A DNA stretch of 64,000 bases from Flavobacterium sp. (GCF_041911335.1 NZ_JAYRPD010000038.1:19716-83715); one strand, 5' to 3'; shown: positions 9,525 to 20,518, counted from the first letter of the stretch. Notes: a model not told the origin generated them from the letters alone. A program made the numbers and translations.

Positions 9525-10565
9525 TTAAGATTTATTCGCCAATTGCCCGCAAGCCGCATCAATGTCTTTACCGCGACTTCTTCTCACTTTAGCTACGATA
9601 TTATTTTTTTCTAAAGCAGTTATGTAAGCATTTGTCACTTCTTCTGAGGCTTGTTGAAACATACCGTCATCTATAGGATTATATTCAATCAAGTTTACCT
9701 TACAAGGAACATACTTACAAAATTTCACCAAAGCGTCAATCGATTTTTTATCGTCGTTGATTCCTTTCCAAACTACGTATTCATAAGTAACTTTACTTTT
9801 GGTTTTTCTGTACCAATATTCTAAACTCTCACGCAAATCGGTTAAAGGAAAATTTTTAGTAAACGGCATAATTTCATTTCGAATTTCCTCAACAGCTGAA
9901 TGTAAGGAAACCGCTAGTTTAAATTTCACTTCATCATCCGCCATTTTTTTAATCATTTTCGGAATTCCAGATGTGGAAACGGTAATACGTTTTGGTGACA
10001 TTCCCAAACCTTCGCTAGAAGTAATCATGTCAATCGCTTTCATCACGTTTGGATAATTCATCAAAGGCTCACCCATTCCCATAAAAACGATGTTTGATAA
10101 AGGTCGGTCGTAATACAAACGACTTTCATTGTCAATTGCGGCTACTTGGTCGTAGATTTCTCCTGGCTCCAAGTTACGCATACGTTTTAATCGAGCGGTT
10201 GCACAGAAATTACAATCTAAACTACAACCTACTTGCGAAGAAACACAAGCGGTAGTTCGAGTTTCTGTTGGAATCAAAACCGATTCTACAATTAAGTCAT
10301 CGTGCAAACGAACGGCATTTTTAACGGTTCCATCTTCGCTACGTTGTAAGGTATCTACTTTAATGTGATTGATTACAAAATTAGCTTCTAACATAGCACG
10401 CGTTTCTTTAGACACATTGGTCATATCTTCAAAAGTATGAGCTCGTTTTTGCCATAACCACTCATACACTTGGTTACCACGAAATGCTTTGTCTCCGTTA
10501 GCAACAAAGAAGTTACGCAATTGTTCTTTAGTAAGTGCTCGTATGTCTTTTTTCTCGATTTGCAT
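9525..10565 (-). CDS. rlmN: 23S rRNA m2A2503 methyltransferase RlmN
   Basis: CSLDCNFC radical-SAM motif, MGMGEP, DIDAACGQL. Confidence 0.97.
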   Translation of the reverse strand: MQIEKKDIRALTKEQLRNFFVANGDKAFRGNQVYEWLWQKRAHTFEDMTNVSKETRAMLEANFVINHIKVDTLQRSEDGTVKNAVRLHDDLIVESVLIPTETRTTACVSSQVGCSLDCNFCATARLKRMRNLEPGEIYDQVAAIDNESRLYYDRPLSNIVFMGMGEPLMNYPNVMKAIDMITSSEGLGMSPKRITVSTSGIPKMIKKMADDEVKFKLAVSLHSAVEEIRNEIMPFTKNFPLTDLRESLEYWYRKTKSKVTYEYVVWKGINDDKKSIDALVKFCKYVPCKVNLIEYNPIDDGMFQQASEEVTNAYITALEKNNIVAKVRRSRGKDIDAACGQLANKS

Positions 10566-10652
10566 GGTGCAAAAGTAATGAATTTAGAAATTAGAATTCA
10601 GAATTTAGAAAATTGGATGAATTCTTTTTGTATTTTTGTTAAAAAGAATTTT

Positions 10653-10904
10653 ATGGGAATTCCTGAATTAAAAGAAATGATTAAATTAAAACTTGAAAAT
10701 GCAGATGAGCGTGTGCTTCGTATTGTAGATTCGGTTTTAAATGAATATTCGAAAGAAACTATTGCTTTTGATTCGAAAGGTTATGCTTTAAATTTAGAGG
10801 AATATCAATTAAAAGTTGAAGAAGGTTTTGAAGACCTTAAGAACAATAAAACTTTTACTAACGAAGAAATGGCTTCAAAAATTCAGCAATTAAAAAAGCA
10901 ATAA
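10653..10904 (+). CDS. putative antitoxin
   Basis: 83-aa ORF from ATG 10653 ending EEGFEDLKNNKTFTNEEM; abuts a RelE/ParE gene. Confidence 0.7.
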   Translation: MGIPELKEMIKLKLENADERVLRIVDSVLNEYSKETIAFDSKGYALNLEEYQLKVEEGFEDLKNNKTFTNEEMASKIQQLKKQ

Positions 10905-11192
10905 ATGATGTTTTCAGTTATTTGGACTTCAAAATCATTCGAAGATATTTCAAACATACATCATTATCTCTCCAACAAAATTTCATCAGAAACTGCAAAT
11001 AAAATAATTGACGAAATTTATCAAGCTGCAAATTCGATTACTTTTGTAGAGCAATTTCAAATTGATGAATACCGAAAAGATTGTAGGAGAATTATTGTCA
11101 GAAATTACAAAATTCTTTACTACATCAAAGATTCTGAAATATTCGTAATTAGAGTTTTTAACACATTACAAGACCCAACCAAAAGTTTATAA
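10905..11192 (+). CDS. RelE/ParE family toxin
   Basis: VIWTSKSFEDISNIHHYL...RRIIVRNYKILYYI...VIRVFNTLQDP pattern. Confidence 0.85.
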   Translation: MMFSVIWTSKSFEDISNIHHYLSNKISSETANKIIDEIYQAANSITFVEQFQIDEYRKDCRRIIVRNYKILYYIKDSEIFVIRVFNTLQDPTKSL

Positions 11193-11193
11193 A

Positions 11194-11835
11194 ATGCATT
11201 TCATATCAGAAGATTTAGAAGATTACGTAGCCAATCATTCACAAGCGGAACCCGAATTATTAGCAAAATTAAACAAAGAAACTCATCAAAAAATAATGCA
11301 ACCTCGTATGTTGAGTGGTCATTTTCAAGGTAGAGTTTTGAGTATGCTTTCAAAAATCATTCGTCCGAAACATATTTTAGAAATCGGAACGTATACTGGT
11401 TATGCCGCTTTATGCTTAGCAGAAGGATTAGCTGAAAATGGAACTTTAGATACAATTGATATTGAAGAAGAATTAGTAGATTTCCAAAATAAATATTTCG
11501 ATGCTTCTCCATGGAAAGACCAAATTTTCCAACACTTAGGAGATGCTATTGATATTATTCCAACTTTAAATAAAAAATTCGATTTGGTTTTCATTGATGC
11601 CGACAAAGAAAATTACGTGAATTACTTCCACTTAATAGTTCCCATGATGAATAAGGGCGGAATTATCTTATCCGACAATGTATTGTGGAGTGGAAAGGTG
11701 TTGGAAGAAGTAAAGCCAAATGACAAAAGTACCCCTGTTTTATTAGAATACAATCAACTATTGAATACTGATCCAAGAGTAGAAACGGTTTTATTGCCTA
11801 TTCGTGATGGTTTGACGGTTAGTCGTATTTTGTAA
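11194..11835 (+). CDS. O-methyltransferase (caffeoyl-CoA OMT/TrmR-like)
   Basis: ILEIGTYTGY, FDLVFIDADK, DNVLWSG. Confidence 0.92.
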   Translation: MHFISEDLEDYVANHSQAEPELLAKLNKETHQKIMQPRMLSGHFQGRVLSMLSKIIRPKHILEIGTYTGYAALCLAEGLAENGTLDTIDIEEELVDFQNKYFDASPWKDQIFQHLGDAIDIIPTLNKKFDLVFIDADKENYVNYFHLIVPMMNKGGIILSDNVLWSGKVLEEVKPNDKSTPVLLEYNQLLNTDPRVETVLLPIRDGLTVSRIL

Positions 11836-12391
11836 TGAAATTGTATTTTTTACCTAAAAACAAATACAATTTATAAAAACCAAAACCAAAAATTCCACCA
11901 GCAACATAACCAGCCAATATATCTCCAGGATAGTGCAATCCTAGATAAATTCTACTGTAAGCAAAAATTAGTGGAAACAAAAACAATAAATAGGTATGCT
12001 TGTAATAGCTACGAAGGATTAACACAACAAAAGTTGTTGTTGCGAAAGAGTTAGAAGCATGGCCAGAAAAGAAACTGAATGACTTTCTAGTAATTACTTC
12101 GCGCATAATACCATCGAATTCTGGATTGTTACAAGGGCGTAAACGCTCGAAAGAATATTTGAATAGATTGGTGATTTGATCTGTAAAAGTAATTAAAGCA
12201 GCCAAAAAAAGAATGATAATTCCTAAGCCTTTCCAACCCACTTTTTTTTGAATGAGATAAAAAACTGCAATAAAAAATGGCGACCAATAAATCTGTTTTG
12301 TGATAATCATCCAAAAACCATCAAATGGCTCTGAACCTAATCCGTTTAAGAAAAGGAATAATTCTTTATCTAAGTTAATTAACTGCTCCAA
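11819..12391 (-). CDS. PAP2 family phosphatase
   Basis: RLRP, SFFSGHA, SRIYLGLHYPGD. Confidence 0.93.
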   Translation of the reverse strand: MEQLINLDKELFLFLNGLGSEPFDGFWMIITKQIYWSPFFIAVFYLIQKKVGWKGLGIIILFLAALITFTDQITNLFKYSFERLRPCNNPEFDGIMREVITRKSFSFFSGHASNSFATTTFVVLILRSYYKHTYLLFLFPLIFAYSRIYLGLHYPGDILAGYVAGGIFGFGFYKLYLFLGKKYNFITKYD

Positions 12392-12393
12392 AA

Positions 12394-12741
12394 TTACATT
12401 TGTCTTTTAATAGGTCCCGTAATGTTTTCGATATCTTCTTTTACTTTTTCGATTGGATTTTGAACATCTAAATTGATATTTTCCATAGGATTTACCATTT
12501 TTGTAATACCTTCTTTAGCTTTTGCGATTTCTTCAGAAACACCACCCGTTAAGGTATTCATATCCAAACCTGCATCTTGAGTTCCTTTTTGAATTTCACT
12601 TTTGATTTCGTTTGTGGCATTTTTCAATTGCGCCATACCTTTACCTAAAGCACGAGCAATATCTGGAATCTTATCCGATCCAAATAACATCAAAACAACT
12701 AAAATGATGAAAAACAATTCACCTCCACCTATTCCAAACAT
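12394..12741 (-). CDS. twin-arginine translocase TatA/TatB subunit
   Basis: GIGGGELFFI...LFGSDKIPDIARALGKGM. Confidence 0.9.
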   Translation of the reverse strand: MFGIGGGELFFIILVVLMLFGSDKIPDIARALGKGMAQLKNATNEIKSEIQKGTQDAGLDMNTLTGGVSEEIAKAKEGITKMVNPMENINLDVQNPIEKVKEDIENITGPIKRQM

Positions 12742-12841
12742 AGTGTATTTTTGAAAATTAACTTCGCAAAGTTACAAAGTTTTAGCCCTAAATTCTCTTA
12801 AAGTAATCAAAAAAAAGACTATCCGAAGATAGTCTTGATTC

Positions 12842-15118
12842 TTATTTTTTTTCTAAAGTATCAAATTTAGAAACCGTTTCACCTTTAGGCCAATAGTTGT
12901 TTTCAACGTCAACGTCGGCTGTTTCTAATTTTGGATCCACTTGAATTTTCACCACTTTTTTCTCTGTAGCAAAAACTCTTTTGGCAACATCGTTGTTCTT
13001 TCTCCAAATTTGAGCTGGGAATTTGTGAGTTTCACTAGTCCCATCTTCGTATTGTAATTCAACAATGATTGGCATGATTAATCCTCCTGGTTTTTCAAAT
13101 TCTACTTCGTAGAAATACTTAGGCGATTTTAATGCATTCTTTTCTTCAACAGTATAATTTTTATCTAAATAATCAGCAAGAGCTTGAACGTTTTTAGCAT
13201 CAAATCCTTTCTTTAATTCAGGTTTAAAATCTGGATTATCCTCAGCAACTAAGTATAACATTGGCTCACCATCACTGATCTTTCTTCCTCTTCTATTGAA
13301 CATCGCTTGTGTTTCTTTTGAAGCTTCTGTTGAAACAAAATATTGTTTTACTGATTTCACTCCAATATCAGTATAATCAGTTGAATAGAACCAACCTCTC
13401 CAAAACCAATCTAAATCAACAGCAGAAGCATCTTCCATAGTTCTAAAGAAATCTTCTGGAGTTGGGTGTTTGAATTTCCAACGATTCGCATATGTTTTGA
13501 AAGCGTGGTCAAACAATTCTCTTCCCATAATAGTTTCTCTTAAAATATTCAATCCAGTAGCTGGTTTTCCGTAAGCATTAGCTCCAAATTGGTAAATATT
13601 TTCAGAATTCGACATAATCGGTTCTAAATATTTTTGATTACCTTTCATGTAAGGTACAATATTTTTAGCTGGACCTCTTGTCGCTGGAAAGTTTGGATCA
13701 AAAGTAGTTTCTGTTAAATACTCTAAGAAGGTATTTAAACCTTCATCCATCCAAGACCATTGTCTTTCATCTGAATTTACAATCATTGGAAAGAAGTTGT
13801 GTCCTACCTCGTGAATAATTACCCCTAACATTCCATATTTAGTTCTATCACTCACAAATCCTTTTTCGTCTGGACGTCCATAGTTCCAACAAATCATTGG
13901 ATATTCCATCCCTTGATCTTCTGCCGAAACTGAAACTGCTTTTGGATAAGGATAATCAAATGTAAAATGAGAATATGTTTTCAAAGTATGAGCTACCGCT
14001 TTTGTAGATAAATCTCCCCAAAGTGGATTTGCTTCTTTTGGATAAATTGAAATTGCCAAAGGTTTGTTTGTTGGCAAATCAACTGCCATAGCATCTAAGA
14101 TAAACTTCCTTGAAGTTGAAAAACCAAAATCACGTACGTTTTGCGCTTTGAATTTCCAAGTTTTCTTTTTGTCTGAAAACCCTTTTTCCGCTGCAATTGC
14201 TTCTTCTTGTGTAACGATAATAACTGGCTTGTCGAATGTTCTTTCAGCTAATTCCCAACGTTTTACTTGTTCTGCAGTAAAAACTTCACTTCTATTTTGT
14301 AAAACACCCGTTGCTTCCATTACGTGATCAGCAGGAACTGTGATACTTACGTCATAATCTCCAAAAACTAAAGCGAACTCTCCTCTTCCCCAAAACTGCA
14401 TATTTTGCCATCCTTCAACATCATTATAAACAGCCATTCTTGGAAAAAACTGCGCCATTACATACAGACGGTTTCCATCAGGAAATTGCTCATAACCCGT
14501 TCTTCCGTTATTAGCTCCTTCCATGTAATTTACAATATTGTACCACCATTTGATAGAAAAAGAAATTTTCTCTCCATTTTTCAATGGCTTAGGCAAATCG
14601 ATACGCATCATGGTTTGATTGATGGTATATTTCATTGGATTTCCTTTAGCGTCTTTTACGTATTCAATATTGAAACCACCTTCAAAAGGTTTGTCCATAT
14701 ATTTTTTTGTAAAATTACTTACCGTAATAGCCTTATCCATGTTTTGACTTTCCATTAAAGGAGTCTTAGAATCGGGTCTCTCAATATTTTGTTCTAATTG
14801 TACCCAAAGATATTCTAATGCTTCAGGTGCATTATTGTAATAAGTAATTGTTTCAGAACCGTAAAGTTTTTTGTTTTTATCATCCAATTCCAGATTCATT
14901 TTGTAATCTGCTTTTTGTTGATAATACGCTGGCCCTGGAGCTCCAGAAGCCGTTCTGAACATATTTGGAGTGGCCATTTCTTCATACATCTGACGAAACT
15001 TATTCTCATTGTAATGTCCAGGCTCACGCTTTTTCTCTTCTGTTTTTACTTCTTGAGCAAAAACTCCAAAAGAGATAGCTAAAGTAAAAAAAGCACTAAG
15101 TACGATTGACTTTTTCAT
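12842..15118 (-). CDS. M1 family aminopeptidase
   Basis: GMEYP, HEVGH...WMDEG zinc motif; signal peptide; start placed at ATG 15118. Confidence 0.93.
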   Translation of the reverse strand: MKKSIVLSAFFTLAISFGVFAQEVKTEEKKREPGHYNENKFRQMYEEMATPNMFRTASGAPGPAYYQQKADYKMNLELDDKNKKLYGSETITYYNNAPEALEYLWVQLEQNIERPDSKTPLMESQNMDKAITVSNFTKKYMDKPFEGGFNIEYVKDAKGNPMKYTINQTMMRIDLPKPLKNGEKISFSIKWWYNIVNYMEGANNGRTGYEQFPDGNRLYVMAQFFPRMAVYNDVEGWQNMQFWGRGEFALVFGDYDVSITVPADHVMEATGVLQNRSEVFTAEQVKRWELAERTFDKPVIIVTQEEAIAAEKGFSDKKKTWKFKAQNVRDFGFSTSRKFILDAMAVDLPTNKPLAISIYPKEANPLWGDLSTKAVAHTLKTYSHFTFDYPYPKAVSVSAEDQGMEYPMICWNYGRPDEKGFVSDRTKYGMLGVIIHEVGHNFFPMIVNSDERQWSWMDEGLNTFLEYLTETTFDPNFPATRGPAKNIVPYMKGNQKYLEPIMSNSENIYQFGANAYGKPATGLNILRETIMGRELFDHAFKTYANRWKFKHPTPEDFFRTMEDASAVDLDWFWRGWFYSTDYTDIGVKSVKQYFVSTEASKETQAMFNRRGRKISDGEPMLYLVAEDNPDFKPELKKGFDAKNVQALADYLDKNYTVEEKNALKSPKYFYEVEFEKPGGLIMPIIVELQYEDGTSETHKFPAQIWRKNNDVAKRVFATEKKVVKIQVDPKLETADVDVENNYWPKGETVSKFDTLEKK

Positions 15119-15133
15119 AGGATTCAATTCTTT

Positions 15134-15640
15134 TTAATAGTCTATTTTTTGGTTGGTTTCTGTATTAGTAAACAAAAAGCTGTTTTTGTTACCGTTTATA
15201 TTTGTATGCACGATATTTTGTTGCTCTTTGTAAATTTCTGTTAGTAATGTATTAAAGATTTCGAAGGTATTTATTTTTTTTGAAACGGCAATTTTAGTGT
15301 AAAAAATTAACACATCACCTTCTAATTCTTTAGCTAAAAATTCAACATTTTGTGATTTCTTATTGATTGAAATTTTAATTTTTTCTTTCAAATATTCATG
15401 AATTAAAGCATCTGCATTTTCAACTTCTTTTGATGTTGTGAGATAAAACTTCTTTTTAAATTTTTTCTCCAATGCTTTTTCAAGGTCATCAATAAAAATT
15501 CGGGAAGTTATTTCTACTCGTTTTTTATTAGGAACAAAATCAATCTGTGTAACTGACACATAAAACTTATGCCAAGCAAACGAAGTCATTAAAAGAACCA
15601 GAAAAATAGGCAATATAAATCGTAGTAAATTCTTTTTCAT
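15134..15640 (-). CDS. DUF6702-like secreted protein
   Basis: HKFYVSVTQI...RIFIDDLE motif; lies just upstream of the M1 peptidase. Confidence 0.7.
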   Translation of the reverse strand: MKKNLLRFILPIFLVLLMTSFAWHKFYVSVTQIDFVPNKKRVEITSRIFIDDLEKALEKKFKKKFYLTTSKEVENADALIHEYLKEKIKISINKKSQNVEFLAKELEGDVLIFYTKIAVSKKINTFEIFNTLLTEIYKEQQNIVHTNINGNKNSFLFTNTETNQKIDY

Positions 15641-15656
15641 TTGGTAAAAATAACAA

Positions 15657-16499
15657 TTATTCGTTTTGTTTTTCAGAATTAAATATTTTTGCTTTTGACG
15701 TTAAATATTGAATAAGTTGCATTTCATATTCTGATTTTAAAAATAATGACAAATCTCGAACAGGCATTTCGGCATATTGAAGAAAAAGTGGAATATCTTC
15801 GTGTTTAATCTTTAAAGTTTCAACAAAAAAATTATGTAAAAAACGCTCAAACATATGGTCAGAAAAAGATTTAGATTGAATATCTCGTTGTCTTCGTTCT
15901 TCAAAAACACGTTCCGAATTTCTCTTAGAATTGTCTTCTTTCAGAAACAAACTTACTATTCCTGCCCCAATAGCAAGAAAATTAAAATTCGACCCATTTG
16001 GAGCAAAATGACTTGGCATTGCTGCATTAATAGGTGTTCCTATTCGAACATCATCTTCATAATGCATAACTTTTTTAGCATCAATTTTTGCAAAACCATC
16101 ACCGTAAACTTGAATTCGTTTTATATCTTCCTCTACAATTCCAGTTAAAGTATAAGGCGTAATTTCTACTTCATCTAATTCATTGATACGAACTTGAAGA
16201 CGAATTTCTAGTTCTTCTAACCAAAAATCTTTATCGGTTAACACATATTTTTTGGACTCATATGAAATTCCTTGAATGTAAAGTGTATCTGTAGCTCTAG
16301 CCTTTATTGAGAACTTACCATCAGCATTAGTAACCGCTCCGATATTAGACGTAATATTAAAAACTGTTAGATTTTCTACTTCTATAGAATCCGCCACAAT
16401 TCGTCCTTTCAACACTTTTCTTTCAATATGTTGCGCCATTCCTATTTGCGAAATAATAACAAACAGCAACAATAAGTAATTATTAATTCTCATTGGCAT
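15657..16499 (-). CDS. carboxypeptidase-regulatory-like domain protein
   Basis: Signal peptide; GAVTNADGKFSI...DTL...LDEVEI. Confidence 0.75.
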   Translation of the reverse strand: MPMRINNYLLLLFVIISQIGMAQHIERKVLKGRIVADSIEVENLTVFNITSNIGAVTNADGKFSIKARATDTLYIQGISYESKKYVLTDKDFWLEELEIRLQVRINELDEVEITPYTLTGIVEEDIKRIQVYGDGFAKIDAKKVMHYEDDVRIGTPINAAMPSHFAPNGSNFNFLAIGAGIVSLFLKEDNSKRNSERVFEERRQRDIQSKSFSDHMFERFLHNFFVETLKIKHEDIPLFLQYAEMPVRDLSLFLKSEYEMQLIQYLTSKAKIFNSEKQNE

Positions 16500-17259
16500 T
16501 CTTATTTGAAGTTTCTAGTTCTTTTAACTTAAGATATTCCACCGCTAATTCTGAAAGAACAAAAGTAGCCATGGTTTTATTTTTATCTTTCATAGCATTT
16601 ACAAATTTTTCATTCTCTACAATGTAAAACAGAAAACCATCTACAAATTCATCTGGAATTTTCAGCGTTTCAATAAAATATTTTCTTTCAAAATAATCCG
16701 AAGTTTTGGCTTGCAATAATTCTTTCCGTTCCACCACTAACTCTTTTTTTAGCATGGCCGTTCTTCCGCTTATAGAATTAATTAATCCATCAACACTCAT
16801 CCCTCCAAGAGGAATTAACAAAGGACTATACCATTTAAAATCTCCAGCCGCGGCTAATTTACGTTCGGCTGGCGTATAGGTTTTTTGATTAGCAGGAACA
16901 ATCCCAAGAGCAACAGCATTAATGTTTTTGTAATTAATAATGGCTACTTCCTCCAATTCTGTTATGAGCGATTCCATTTTGATTAACAATAAATCATTGG
17001 AGTAATCACTTTGTTTCATAACATATCGAGTAGCTTTTAAATTTACCGCACTAAATTGAAGTGTATCTGAAACTTTTGCTTTGATTTGAAAATAGCCTCT
17101 TGCATCGGTAATGGCGCCATTTCGTTTGGATAAATTAATTACGTGAATTCCTTCCAACAAAGAAGATTCTGAAACTATTTTCCCACTAACAATGGAATCA
17201 TTTTGTGACAAAACGACTAATGGAAAAAAAATATAAAGCAGAAGTAATCGTTTTGCCAT
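16483..17259 (-). CDS. carboxypeptidase-regulatory-like domain protein (paralog of neighbour)
   Basis: GAITDARGYFQI...DTLQFS...LEEVAI; start placed at ATG 17259. Confidence 0.75.
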   Translation of the reverse strand: MAKRLLLLYIFFPLVVLSQNDSIVSGKIVSESSLLEGIHVINLSKRNGAITDARGYFQIKAKVSDTLQFSAVNLKATRYVMKQSDYSNDLLLIKMESLITELEEVAIINYKNINAVALGIVPANQKTYTPAERKLAAAGDFKWYSPLLIPLGGMSVDGLINSISGRTAMLKKELVVERKELLQAKTSDYFERKYFIETLKIPDEFVDGFLFYIVENEKFVNAMKDKNKTMATFVLSELAVEYLKLKELETSNKNANEN

Positions 17260-17371
17260 AAATTTCATTTTTATGTTATGTAAATTTAAGTGTAATCTTT
17301 TAAAATGAAATCCTAACAAGATGATAAACTTATGTTAAGACAAATTTGGTAGCTTTGTAAAAAAATAATCG

Positions 17372-18079
17372 ATGAAAAATATAATTATTGCCAGTACTTC
17401 TACTTTACACGGAGGCGAATATTTAGACTATCTATTACCTGAATTACAATCGTTCTTTTCAAATGTAAAAGAGTTACTTTTTATTCCATACGCAAGACCT
17501 AGCGGAATTTCACATTATGATTACACCAAAAAAGTTAGCGAAGCATTTGCTAAAATTAACATTGCTGTGAAAGGAATTCATGAATATGAAAACCCTATCG
17601 AAGCTCTTGAAAAAGCACAAGGAATTTTTACTGGTGGAGGGAATACTTTTTTACTGGTAAGCCAATTGTATAAAAACAATGTTATTGACACGTTAGAGAA
17701 AGTAGTTAAAAACGGTACACCTTATTTAGGAACTAGCGCTGGAAGTAATATTTGTGGTTTAACAATGAGCACTACTAACGATATGCCAATTGTGTATCCG
17801 CCAAGTTTTAGAACCTTAGGATTTGTTTCTTTTAATATTAATCCACATTATTTAGATCCAATTGAAGGTTCTACTCATATGGGAGAAACACGTGAAACTA
17901 GAATCAATGAATTTCATCATTTTAATCCGCAACCGGTTGTAGGATTGAGAGAAGGAAGTTGGTTAGAAGTGAAAGGCGATTCTGTAAAATTAAAAGGAAA
18001 TCTTACTGCTCGAATTTTCAAGAGAAACGAAACTCCTTTTGAAGTAGCTCCAGAAACCGAACTTAACGAATTGAAATAA
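17372..18079 (+). CDS. pepE: dipeptidase E (S51)
   Basis: GGGNTF, GTSAGSN, INPHY, GETRETRI. Confidence 0.95.
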   Translation: MKNIIIASTSTLHGGEYLDYLLPELQSFFSNVKELLFIPYARPSGISHYDYTKKVSEAFAKINIAVKGIHEYENPIEALEKAQGIFTGGGNTFLLVSQLYKNNVIDTLEKVVKNGTPYLGTSAGSNICGLTMSTTNDMPIVYPPSFRTLGFVSFNINPHYLDPIEGSTHMGETRETRINEFHHFNPQPVVGLREGSWLEVKGDSVKLKGNLTARIFKRNETPFEVAPETELNELK

Positions 18080-18108
18080 AAAAAGCCTTGCAATTGCAAG
18101 GCTTTTTT
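18079..18108. terminator. bidirectional terminator between pepE and tRNAs
   Basis: aaaaaagccttgc-aatt-gcaaggctttttt. Confidence 0.85.
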
Positions 18109-18109
18109 G

Positions 18110-18185
<76 letters not shown>

Positions 18186-18216
18186 AGGTGATAATTTTTA
18201 AAACTTTATCTTGTTT

Positions 18217-18292
<76 letters not shown>

Positions 18293-18433
18293 ATAACAAA
18301 AGCGTTAACTTTTGTGGGTGCAAATATACTTTAAAAGTTTTGGTAATTGCAAATTTTTTTTGATATTTTTTTCAAAGCTATTGCACTAACTTTACACTAA
18401 AATCAACACTCTTCTCTAAAAGATTAACTTTTA

Positions 18434-18886
18434 ATGAGTTATATAGTTATGGAAATTAAAAAAATTAGTTCGACTGAAACATATCCTGTAAGACATGAAG
18501 TTTTAAGAAAAGGAAAACCAATTGAAACTTGCCAATTTAAAGGCGACGATGATGAAAATAATGCTCATTTTGGATTGTTCTTAAAAGATAAACTTGTGGG
18601 AATCATATCTATTTTCAAAGAAAACAATAATTTATTTTCAGAATCAAATCAATTTCAAATTAGAGGAATGGCTGTTTTGGAGGAATTTCAAGGAAAAGGA
18701 TTTGGAGCCGAATTAGTAAAAGAAGCTGAAAATCACTGTATTCATTTGAATACCAATTTAATTTGGTTCAACGCACGAGAAAATGCGATTCCGTTTTACA
18801 AAAAATTAGATTATAAAATTATTGGCGATTCTTTTCTTATTCCTGATGTTGGCATTCATTTTGTAATGTATAAGAAAACACACTAA
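18434..18886 (+). CDS. GNAT acetyltransferase
   Basis: QIRGMAVLEEFQGKGFG, WFNARENAIPFYKKL; start may be 18449. Confidence 0.92.
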   Translation: MSYIVMEIKKISSTETYPVRHEVLRKGKPIETCQFKGDDDENNAHFGLFLKDKLVGIISIFKENNNLFSESNQFQIRGMAVLEEFQGKGFGAELVKEAENHCIHLNTNLIWFNARENAIPFYKKLDYKIIGDSFLIPDVGIHFVMYKKTH

Positions 18887-18934
18887 GAAGTTATTCAATA
18901 ATTCTTCTTATATTTATATCACAATTGAGGTTTT

Positions 18935-20518
18935 ATGAAAAAAATTGCGCTACTTCTCTTTATTTTTTCTTTTATTTCTTGCAAAAAGGAATCTGCTCCT
19001 ATTGCGTTTGACAATAGTATTATAAAAGATACGGTTTTAAATATCATCATCAGACCCGTTCATCCTGATTTACTAAGTGACAAATCCGACAGTATAAAAT
19101 TGTACTATCAAAAAATGAACTTTCACGAAATTTGGTATTTAGATGAAAACCGAAAAGATTTGATTAATGAAATTAAGTTTTGTTATGAAGATGGATTAAA
19201 TCCAAACGATTATGAGATTAAAATTATTGAAGATCTAGAAAGCAAAAGAGCGAAATTAAATGATGAAGACATTGTAAAATATGATATTCTACTTACCGAA
19301 ACCTTTGAAAAATTAGCTAACCATCTCCACAAAGGAAAATTAAATCCGAAAGAATTATATACCGATTGGGATTTAAAACCAAAAGAAATAGCGCTTTCTC
19401 CATTATTAGAAAAAGGGATTAAAGAGAAAATTATCGCTTCAACTTTTAAGGATTTAAAACCTAATCACATTGTTTATCAATTACTTAAAAAAAGCTTAGT
19501 TGAAATTGATAAATTCCCAAACGTAACCTTTGAAAAAATAAGTACAAAAAATAAAATTGTTGTAAACGACACTTTACCCGAAATGGTAAAAATCAAAAAG
19601 CGTTTGGCCTATTGGAAAGATTACAAAAACAAAGATAGCATCATCACTTGGGCTTATGACTCCATAACTTTCAAAGCGGTAAAACGTTTTCAAGCACGTC
19701 ATGGTTTAGCTCCTGATGGCGTTATCGGAACTGGAACACTAAAAGCTTTAAACACCACTAAAAACCAGCGAATTGAACAAATATTTGCCAATTTAGAGCG
19801 TTGGCGTTGGTTTCCATCTGATTTGGGAAAACAATACTTAATATCAAACATTCCAGATTACATGTTGCATTATGTAATTGATAATGATACAGTAGCTTCA
19901 CACAAAATTGTAGTAGGAACACCAAAAAGAAAAACTCCTATTTTAAGTTCGAAGTTATCTAATTTTGTTTTCAATCCAACTTGGACCATTCCTCCTACTA
20001 TCATTAAAGAAGATTTGACTCCAGAAGCATCAAAAAATCGAAATTATTTCCCTTCGCGAAGATTAACAATATACAACAGTCAAGGAAAAGAAGTTAGTCC
20101 GTATGAATGGAATCCAGCCAGAGCTAACAATTACAAATACGTACAAAAACCAGGTTATAATAATTCTTTAGGCTTGGTTAAATTTAATTTTGCCAATCGT
20201 CATTCAGTTTATTTACATGATACCAATCATCGTGATTATTTTGTAAAAACGTATCGTTCGCTAAGTTCGGGTTGTGTACGAGTGGAAAATCCATTGGTAT
20301 TAACCAAGCAAATTTTAACCAAAACCAATCCTAATAAATGGGATAACAATGAAATTGATTACGTTATAAAATTAGAGAAAACAAAAACAGTGTCCGTTAA
20401 AGACACCGTGAATGTATATTTGTTTTATTGGACGAGTTGGATAGAAAATGACAAACTTCAATTTAGAGATGACATTTATGAACTCGATAAAGTCCTTTTT
20501 CAAAAACTACGAAACTAA
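18935..20518 (+). CDS. L,D-transpeptidase (YcbB/LdtD-like lipoprotein)
   Basis: Lipobox FISC; PG-binding AVKRFQARHGLAPDG; YLHDT...SSGCVRV. Confidence 0.93.
   Translation: MKKIALLLFIFSFISCKKESAPIAFDNSIIKDTVLNIIIRPVHPDLLSDKSDSIKLYYQKMNFHEIWYLDENRKDLINEIKFCYEDGLNPNDYEIKIIEDLESKRAKLNDEDIVKYDILLTETFEKLANHLHKGKLNPKELYTDWDLKPKEIALSPLLEKGIKEKIIASTFKDLKPNHIVYQLLKKSLVEIDKFPNVTFEKISTKNKIVVNDTLPEMVKIKKRLAYWKDYKNKDSIITWAYDSITFKAVKRFQARHGLAPDGVIGTGTLKALNTTKNQRIEQIFANLERWRWFPSDLGKQYLISNIPDYMLHYVIDNDTVASHKIVVGTPKRKTPILSSKLSNFVFNPTWTIPPTIIKEDLTPEASKNRNYFPSRRLTIYNSQGKEVSPYEWNPARANNYKYVQKPGYNNSLGLVKFNFANRHSVYLHDTNHRDYFVKTYRSLSSGCVRVENPLVLTKQILTKTNPNKWDNNEIDYVIKLEKTKTVSVKDTVNVYLFYWTSWIENDKLQFRDDIYELDKVLFQKLRN

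Noticed and set aside
10470-10652. 144-aa version of the antitoxin ORF
   Set aside because: The extension overlaps rlmN antisense and promoter DNA; ATG 10653 is the plausible start.
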